Shown here: piece after piece, positions 56,321-64,000 of the stretch
Layout: every line of letters begins with the position of its first letter
How positions within the stretch are numbered: position 1 is the first letter of the stretch
DNA from: Phallusia mammillata
Lineage: Eukaryota
DNA: 64,000 nucleotides
NCBI GenBank assembly: GCA_965637545.1
Contig: OZ281495.1
Location: 22,630,001-22,694,000 of the forward strand
Reading direction: 5' to 3'
Program-made: the position numbers and the translations under genes
The notes under the pieces: model-generated
Seen by the model: the letters and a program-made list of their open reading frames with translations, nothing else
Databases searched by the model: none
Told to the model about the DNA's origin: nothing

Positions 56321-56572
56321 GCTTAAGTGGTTGCCTGTCTTTTTACAAGTAATGGTACAGTTTTCTACCAGGTGATTACATTCGCTGAAGTTTTGCTGGC
56401 AATTAGCAAGTGTTTGTTTCGATGTATTTAAATAGTCATCGGTCACACAAAACTGACCTAATGGACGAGATATTTACAGAACACTTTATTGCATCGGTTT
56501 TGCTTCTGACAGTATCACAAGATGTACATAAAGATTTAATAATACACAGAAACAAATGACATTTTTTTAGTA

Positions 56573-57963
56573 TTAAAATCCTTCCGCTGTATTTAAAGCC
56601 TCATTCGCTGCTTTAAGGTATTTGTTTTTCTTGTCATCCGTTTCAAAATCTGTGGCTAAATTAAAGCATTTAAGAGCCTCTTGCAGATATTTTACAGCAT
56701 TTTCTCTCGAACCAAGGCGCCTGTGTATTGCACCGATGTTAAGACACAGTGTACCGAAAATTTGATGTTTATATACTTGGTCCCCAAGTGTCTCTCGCAT
56801 AGAGTTTAGTGTGTCCGAAATAAGCTGACGTCGCTCGTTATTGTTGGACTCGCAGACTTCAATGCCATGTGTAACCCAAGCAGTTTTGACACACTTATAT
56901 TGTGGGTTGATGCCGTCCAACTCTACTAGAGATTGTTTCATCGCATACATGTTCGGGAGTATGCGACGGCGTACAAATAAGTCCAAATTTTTCTCACTTT
57001 CTACCATTTTTGAAACAGGATTTTTTATGCCCGATATGCAATCTTCTAGTAGCGTGCTTGCCTGGGTCGGCTTACTTCGGTCAAAAAACATGTCAAAGCA
57101 AATCTCATACACAATTATGGAAGCAAAAAGTCTGTTCTTTTTTGCAAGTTCTTGAGCCAGCCACAAAACTGCTGGGCTAGTTGAGTTTAACTTAAAAAAC
57201 AACAATTTGAGTTGCTCCTTAACTTGAGAGTAATCCCGGTTAGTCGACATTAGACTGACACAGCTGTCAAGAAGATAAGGAGCGTTTCTTAACTCTGCAT
57301 CCATTTTATATCTTCCATCCATAACACCAAAAGCTTCCCAGAATTGACCAGTTGCAAAATACGCCAAAGAAGGATCTGTAATTTATGACCACATCACATT
57401 ATTTACTCCTTATAAAAATTGTTTATTTTTATAGTTGTTTGTGTTTGAGTGCTCATGTTTATTCCGCAAAGTCTAATATATACTTTCCAGAAATGGCTTA
57501 CCTGTCCACAGAAAAACTTGCTCAAGGTCAAATTTTGAAGCTTGTTTAAGATTTTGTTCTCTACCTACAATAGAAAAAAACATTTTGTTTTTGTCAACAC
57601 CTAGTACGTTGTTGGCGACTTGGATATAATGTGACACCAACTTATAAAAGATATAACTTACTCCTAACCATTGGCAAATTTCACAAAAACGCAGGGGGGC
57701 AGATGTGAAACAAATCTCATCCAACTTTGACAACACTAATGTTTGCAGCAACTACAGGAAACGCAAACTCAAGTGCCAACATTTATATGCAGAAGTCTAT
57801 TGTTGTTCGTTTTATAACGTTTTTTGTTGGCGTACAGGCCAGACGTGGATATTACAGTGGTTATCAAATATGACCATTATTGGGTCAGGAAAAGAGCTTC
57901 CTTCGAAGTTATAATGGGAATCCACTTACCAAGGATTTCAGTCTCTGATTCTTCATTTTCCAT
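56573..57963 (-). CDS. Unnamed alpha-helical TPR-like protein, paralogue C (299 aa)
   Basis: Exons 57963-57930 (MENEESETEIL), 57564-57502 (GREQNLKQASKFDLEQVFLWT) and 57375-56573. Phase-1 joins; sum 900 nt. FGTLCLNIGAIH..ENAVKYLQEALKCFNLATDFE motif. AATAAA on minus at 56490-56485. Confidence 0.8.
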
Positions 57964-58879
57964 TGTTTCTATTTCTTCTCGGGCTTGTTGTCTGATTCCA
58001 GTAATTGTCAAATCTACAGTACAATGTATTGCCCAATTAATAAAACAACTGTGTTTGCAACAAGTTATGCTATAATTAGTAAATATTGTAGTAAATGTAC
58101 CTCGAAAATCCATTGCGCTTTATCAAAAGATATCCAACTCATGTGGCAGACAATATTTGAACAACGAAATCTTCTCTGTCGCAACAATGTAAAGTTTACA
58201 TTGTAAACTTTCAAAGATTAACCCATGCAAGTACCATGACGACCTTTTTACAAGCATTAAACCTCGTAGGTAAACACAGCTTTTGCAATCTCATTTGTTC
58301 AAACAGATTAGGATCATTGTACACCAAGCTGTTTTTTTGTTTTTTTTTGCTGGTTTGACTGCAACGTTTGTCTTTGGACAGTATCAGTTTATATTTGATC
58401 CATGTGTTTCCAACCTTTGACTTCAGCAAGTTTGTTAAATGTGAATTTATCCATCAAAAAACGCATATAACTGCTGCCGAAGGTCGGGAATAACACTGGA
58501 ATGAACAGATCAGTAGTTAACCACTTCCACGTCAACGCGTAAGTGAAATGTTTTTGTTCATTCAGTAGGAATCTGTAATGTTTTAGAGCAAAATACCTGT
58601 AAAAACGACAGTTTAATTTCTTGGACATACTTACCTGAATATAAGTAACCAACAACTCATTAATTGGAAATAAAAAGAGTTTCGCTAAACTTTGAGTAAA
58701 ATACAACTGTGTTATTACAGGCAAAACGTGGTTTTAAATGTGAACGAAGGAGGTATGTTTCTGTAGACTTGTTTTAACACTTATATCACCAAGTACAGTG
58801 GCATTTATTTACTTACAGACGAATACTTTTGTAATGTTAACCCGGAAAAAAGAGAAGAAGAAACCAATGGAGGTGAAAT

Positions 58880-58933
58880 GATGTGTTTTGTTGAACAGAA
58901 CGATGACTTCACGATGTGTTTTGTTGAACAGAA
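58880..58933 (+). repeat. Short direct duplication gatgtgttttgttgaacagaa x2
   Basis: Units at about 58880 and 58913. Confidence 0.75.
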
Positions 58934-59224
58934 ACGACGTTGATTTTCATAGTGCTTTTTAATTATATACAACTTATAGCAACTACCCGACTTATTCCAT
59001 ACTGCGCTTTATTAGTAATGTTTTGTGGCACTTTTGGGACATCTAGCGTACAAATATTTTTACAACTAAAATACCAGGCCTGACGGTGACATTATGTAAA
59101 AAAAAACGAATTTACGGCTTTGACAGAAAACTTTAAAAGAGTCATGAAGGTTGTTTAATTCAAAGCAATATTAAAAAGGTCAATGCATAATTTTTTTGCT
59201 GTGAACTTTCTGAATTCTTTGCAG

Positions 59225-60448
59225 AACCTGGAACGTCCACAGGCACAGAAAAGGCTAAAGGTACGTTGTTGGATATCGTTTCCAAATTTCTAATACAATA
59301 AGTGTTATGTGTCCTCTATGTAAGAAAATTTAAAAGTGATCACTATTCTGGGTATCGCTAGTGTTCAATCTTGTTTTTTGGTATTAAAGTGCTATTTTCA
59401 CAATTAAAACCACGATGACAATAATAATTCTCACATTACCAGATTTTTTTCGCAGAAGTAAAAACTTCTCAACGCCAGATGGTGTGGCAGACCGACCTAC
59501 ATCGGATATTAAAATACGAGGGTAAGATTTTCCCCAAAAAATTACACACAAAAGATATAAAAATAAAATGAGTCATGTATTTTTATAATTGTAAGCATAT
59601 TTTGTCATGCAGAAGAGATTGCGGATTTGCATGACCGCGGGGATCTTTATCAGGAGTTCAGACATGACTGGGTGAAAGACTACGATCCGTCTCAAAGAGA
59701 AATAGGATTTTTAATGCGTTATTGCCTCAGTCTGATGTTAACGAACCACGAGAGCCAAGCAAATGATATTTTTGATGAAATATTGATTTTGATTCAAAAC
59801 TTGAGTGAAACATTTCTTAGCGTGTTGTCCCTTGCCGAAAAGTACACAGCTGACGATTTTATCACCATGATGCTGGGTCTGATTGCTGCCAAAATGGCTG
59901 ACTTAGACAACAACACCTTTGGTGATGGTATTGAAAAGCTGAAGTGTATGCAAGTTGTTAGAGAAGCTGCTGGAAGTATTTCAAAGCACACACCACCAGC
60001 CAAGCCTTTTCTTAGGCGATTCTGTGTTAAGGCCGTTCGTCCTTTGTTTGAGAACATACAACAAATCGCCTCCAGAGTTGACATACGCAATAATCTTATC
60101 AGATTGAAGATATCCGCCTTTCACAGCTTGGAGATTCTGCTGCTCTACGCAGATGACGACATTGAGAGAGCAAAAGTGCTTGAAAGGGCACTGGACTTTA
60201 TGAAAGAGACTTACAAAGATGAGGTCCACCTGAGAAAGTGGTTCGGCAACTTTTCTCATAACCTTGGCATCACTTACACCAACTTGGGACGACACGGTGA
60301 AGCGGCTACAGTTTTGTTACAAGCCCTCAACACGTTCCAACTAGCAATCGACTTTGATGACAAAAATGAACAACTCCAAGATGTGACCAGGTCGAGAAAT
60401 ATGTTGAGCGTTCCCAGTCTGGGGGGTCTTGTGATAATAGATGATTAG
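59225..60448 (+). CDS. Unnamed alpha-helical TPR-like protein, paralogue D (start codon uncertain)
   Basis: Phase-1 exons 59225-59260 (PGTSTGTEKAK), 59456-59521 (VKTSQRQMVWQTDLHRILKYE) and 59613-60448, plus a further candidate exon at 58819-58872. Possible ATG at 59479. FGNFSHNLGITY..GEAATVLLQALNTFQLAIDFD motif. AATAAA at 60565-60570. Confidence 0.75.
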
Positions 60449-63400
60449 CATGTTTTCTGTGTCCATTTTGTACATTTTAACGTTGTAAATGATCGATTGT
60501 CCATTTGTTTATATTTCGCTACTGCAATAAGTATATTACGTTAAATCTGTTGTGCACTTTTTGAAATAAACATTTTAATGCATTTGATAGTTATTGCGCA
60601 GTATAGTGTGCAATAAAATTAGATTTATTGCAATTGGAATGTACTGCATTGATTGCATTGGCATCAGAATGCCTTTCGACAATATTGCTTTCCACCATAT
60701 TAAGTTGCGGTCTCTAGGTGACGACAAAGAACAACAGATCCCTACTTAAAAGTATATCTTTACTGACGGCATGTCTTTACTTCTTTGCATTATAATACTT
60801 TACATCTAACGTAAACAAAACACAACTCGTTGACTTGGCGTATTCAAACGTATTATTACAACCAGTTCTCAACAACTCTATTTTCTCTTATGTACCCTTA
60901 CGAAGAGTTGCTGTGATTGCAAACGCTTGTGATTGATGACAATTAACTGCCTTTTTGCTGATTCTCAGGCATAAAATGAAGCTATAGAACTGGGGGTACA
61001 CAACTTGCGGCCTCGACAACAAATCTATGGGGACGTTTACATGCACATAAAAACATATGTAGGCCTAGTGGCGGCTGATTCTGCATAAATGTAAATTATA
61101 CCTAAACAAAAAAACATACAGATTCTGGCGGTCGTCGCTGGAACAAAGGCGTATGATAGCTAATGGGTTGCGCAACCATGAGCTGGACAAACGCGAATGT
61201 AAAGTAACATTTTTCGAAAGGAGAGTGTTTTAAAATGGTGATACACATACACTGCAACGAATTGTAACAACTCATTTTTTGTTTTTATCTATACATACAC
61301 TCTTACTAATGAACCCTTGTGACTGCAGTCGTGCACCCCAGTTGGGTAACTGCGGGAAATTACCATTCTTATGCCAGAAATAAAAGCAGAAGAGGAGACC
61401 ACTCAGGCATTCAAGTTTCCAAAAGCGCTTTCACAAAAAGTAGTAGGTACCTCCGAACGCAAATGCTTCACATTGATTTTATTTTTTCAGCTCTTTTGAT
61501 GTTAAATGTATGAACAACATGTAGATTTTTTTAGTAACATTACTAAGTCTATGCACTGAAAAGTGTTGCCAAATATTTTCTTAATTTAGACACTAGGCGA
61601 TGTACCGGTCACGTGACCAAAGTCAAATGATTATATTGCCTCTTTTGTGACCTGACGGGCTTCAACAGCAGTTCGATATGTTTATTACTTATCATGCCAA
61701 CTGACTCCAAACAAATTTTACAATCGCTTGCGTTGCAAACATGCAAACAATATACATTAGGGACACTCTCTTGTTACACTGCCATTGTGTTTTTTAGGTC
61801 TGCAACCGCCGATCCAAGAGTTCGGTACCGGGCCGTATAATTTTTCAGATTAAATGCTCTGAAATATTTCGCCCATGTATTCTTGGGGATGATACACTAA
61901 TTTATGCGTTTTCGTTGCTAAATGTTTGTATTTTTTGAAGGCCGGTCCACGATAATGTTTCAGTTTCAAAAACGGTCCGCAGTAGAAAAACATCTTTGCA
62001 TGAAAATGTTGAGTTAAGTTGGTATTCTTATTACTTTGGAGCCATCCAAACTAACCAAAACTGTTATTATGAATAGTTGGATTAACTAAATTGTCGATAT
62101 ACGGGAAAAAAATGTATCGAAACCTGAAAACATTTTGGATGCGTATAGCATTAACAAATGTTCCAACGGATTTACGGCGACAGCCTCCCGGTTAAAGCCA
62201 CGAAACCAGTTAGTTTCTCTTCCTCATGCCACCTGGCTTTGTGACGTGTTAAAACACAATCTTTTGGCACATGACTTAAATCAGCAACATGAAGCGGAAT
62301 TTCCAAATAGTATACTTTACAATAAAAGAAAATCTTTATCGTTCTGCAAAGTGCCAAAAAGTACACTTTTATATGTCCATCGTTTTTATTGCAGAGGAGG
62401 ATTATTAATTTCTGATCTTTCTACACACGCCCATTGTCTGTGTCACAATTTAAAAGGAAAGTGAATTCAAATCGTTTGTTTGATATTCGAACGCGAATAC
62501 TTAATGGATAGATATACATTCGGTAAAAAATAATTGTGTCCAAACTATAAGCGTATTTTCTTTGCAAACGACGGCATAAAGATAGTCAAATGTCGCACAG
62601 GAGACAATTACGTAACGTTGGGTAAATTGAGGTTCACAGCATTTGTTTATCGCATCTATAAACCCGGGGTGTCCGGTTTTACCTGGATTTATTGCTTCAA
62701 CGTCACTACTAATATTATGCAAAGCTACGAAACCACCTAGTTCCTTTTTCGAAAGAAGGTTTTGATTCAGGAAATGCTGATGTACACGCGGAAGTTAAAT
62801 TTTAAAACCAATATTCACTATCATAGAACGTGGAAGCTGACAGTTTTGTCGCAAGCAAATTACTGTTTCAAGTCAAGATTTTAGTTGCTGGTATTTAAAC
62901 AATTGGGCAATAGAGCAACCAAAATATGCATACAAAAAATTTTACGGGACACTGTCTTGCTACACTGCCATGGTAATGCTAACTTAACGTGAAAACTGAT
63001 GACAAGTGGTCTCTTTATAAAGCATCCTGTTTCACTCAAATCTGTTGGTATCGGTTCAATGGTTGCATGACACAGATATACAGCAACATGAATCACAGAC
63101 CCAAGCGAAAATGTACTGTTTTTCAGTTCCTTCGTACGAGTATGTTAAGTTGAGTTATTATTATTTTGGGGCTATTCGAAGCAGCCAAAATTGTTTAAAG
63201 GAGGCATTTGATCCGCAACGGGCGGATTATCTAAATTGTCGGTGTATGTAAATAAAGGTGTACAAGCCCTTTTTGTAAGCCCTATGTTTTTTCATGTTAT
63301 TGACAAGGGGTTTATCGGTTGAAGTTTTAGTGCCTATCGCGTTGCTGGAATTTCCCACCTGACAACTAAAGGCATTACTTTTTCTAGTCCTGTTTACGTG

Positions 63401-63680
63401 TTCCCAAGCATTGATAAAGGGGCGTTCATTATATCGAACCAATATCCCCTTTTATAGCATTACATGTCCCAACAGATTTGGCGCACCAGCCCTCTCGGGT
63501 TAAAGATACGAAACCGGTCAGTTCCTCTTCCTCACCCTAACTTGCTCTGTGAACTGATAAAAACAACACCCTTTTGTGGTTTCCTGTGGCCCCATTTCTA
63601 TTTATGTCTAGAGGCCGCTATTTTTGTAAAAAAAGTTAAAGCTTGAATTGACAGACAACAACAAAACACACCCAATAAGC

Positions 63681-64000
63681 CAGTGGTTCCCAAACTTTTT
63701 CATATTTTTTTCAAAACGGTCCCTTTGCCATAATTTCGAGGGCTCGCGGTCCTTAAGCCTGAATGTGTATTTCATAAAAACGAAAGTTGATTGCTGGATT
63801 TTAGCTAGTTATGCAAAATTGCGCATAACAATCATTCAAAGACAGCATGTGACATCACAAACAGGACAAAAAACATTACGGTTGTGCGCGAACATGGCAT
63901 TTTTGATAGTTTTTATTCGATAAAGGCCATTGTTCAGCAATAGAGACAGTCGATTCTCAATTCTACTTTGATTTAAAACTTATTTAGTGGCACAAACTGA
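63681..64000. mobile_element. hAT-like MITE, family M3 (runs off window end)
   Basis: cagtggttcccaaactttttc start and colinear internal similarity to 22638-23057. Confidence 0.85.

Noticed and set aside
62135-63646. Several 60-110 aa ORFs near the window end
   Set aside because: No recognisable motifs, no consistent splice chain, and lengths within chance expectation.

Overview
AT-rich, intron-rich animal DNA. It is most likely an ascidian/tunicate, but that is inference from the ~60-70 nt minimal introns, mosaic CpG depletion, intronless housekeeping genes in a tight same-strand run, and a CQRCxNCxW insert in the trypsin domains. All exon models were assembled by hand from GT/AG signals and reading-frame continuity. 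(1) 0.3-28.4 kb: two tandem paralogous secreted modular serine proteases on +. The first is 5'-truncated by the window edge. The second is complete: 31 exons, 1457 aa, signal peptide + 3 ShK/ShK-like domains + 21 TSP1 repeats + trypsin domain. (2) 30.4-35.2 kb: three closely spaced minus-strand housekeeping genes, EFR3 -> EDF1/MBF1 -> ENSA (endosulfine), forming a candidate trans-spliced operon. (3) 36.4-42.4 kb: a putative bidirectional CpG-retaining promoter, then DGCR8/Pasha on +. (4) 44.6-50.4 kb: a CNBD2-like cyclic-nucleotide-binding-domain gene on +. (5) 51.2-60.4 kb: four highly diverged paralogues of an unnamed ~300 aa alpha-helical protein ending in a TPR-like repeat (three on -, one on +). 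Introns carry many short non-autonomous TIR elements, mostly hAT-like with 8-bp TSDs, including one nested pair. No rRNA, tRNA, CRISPR or transposase gene was recognised.
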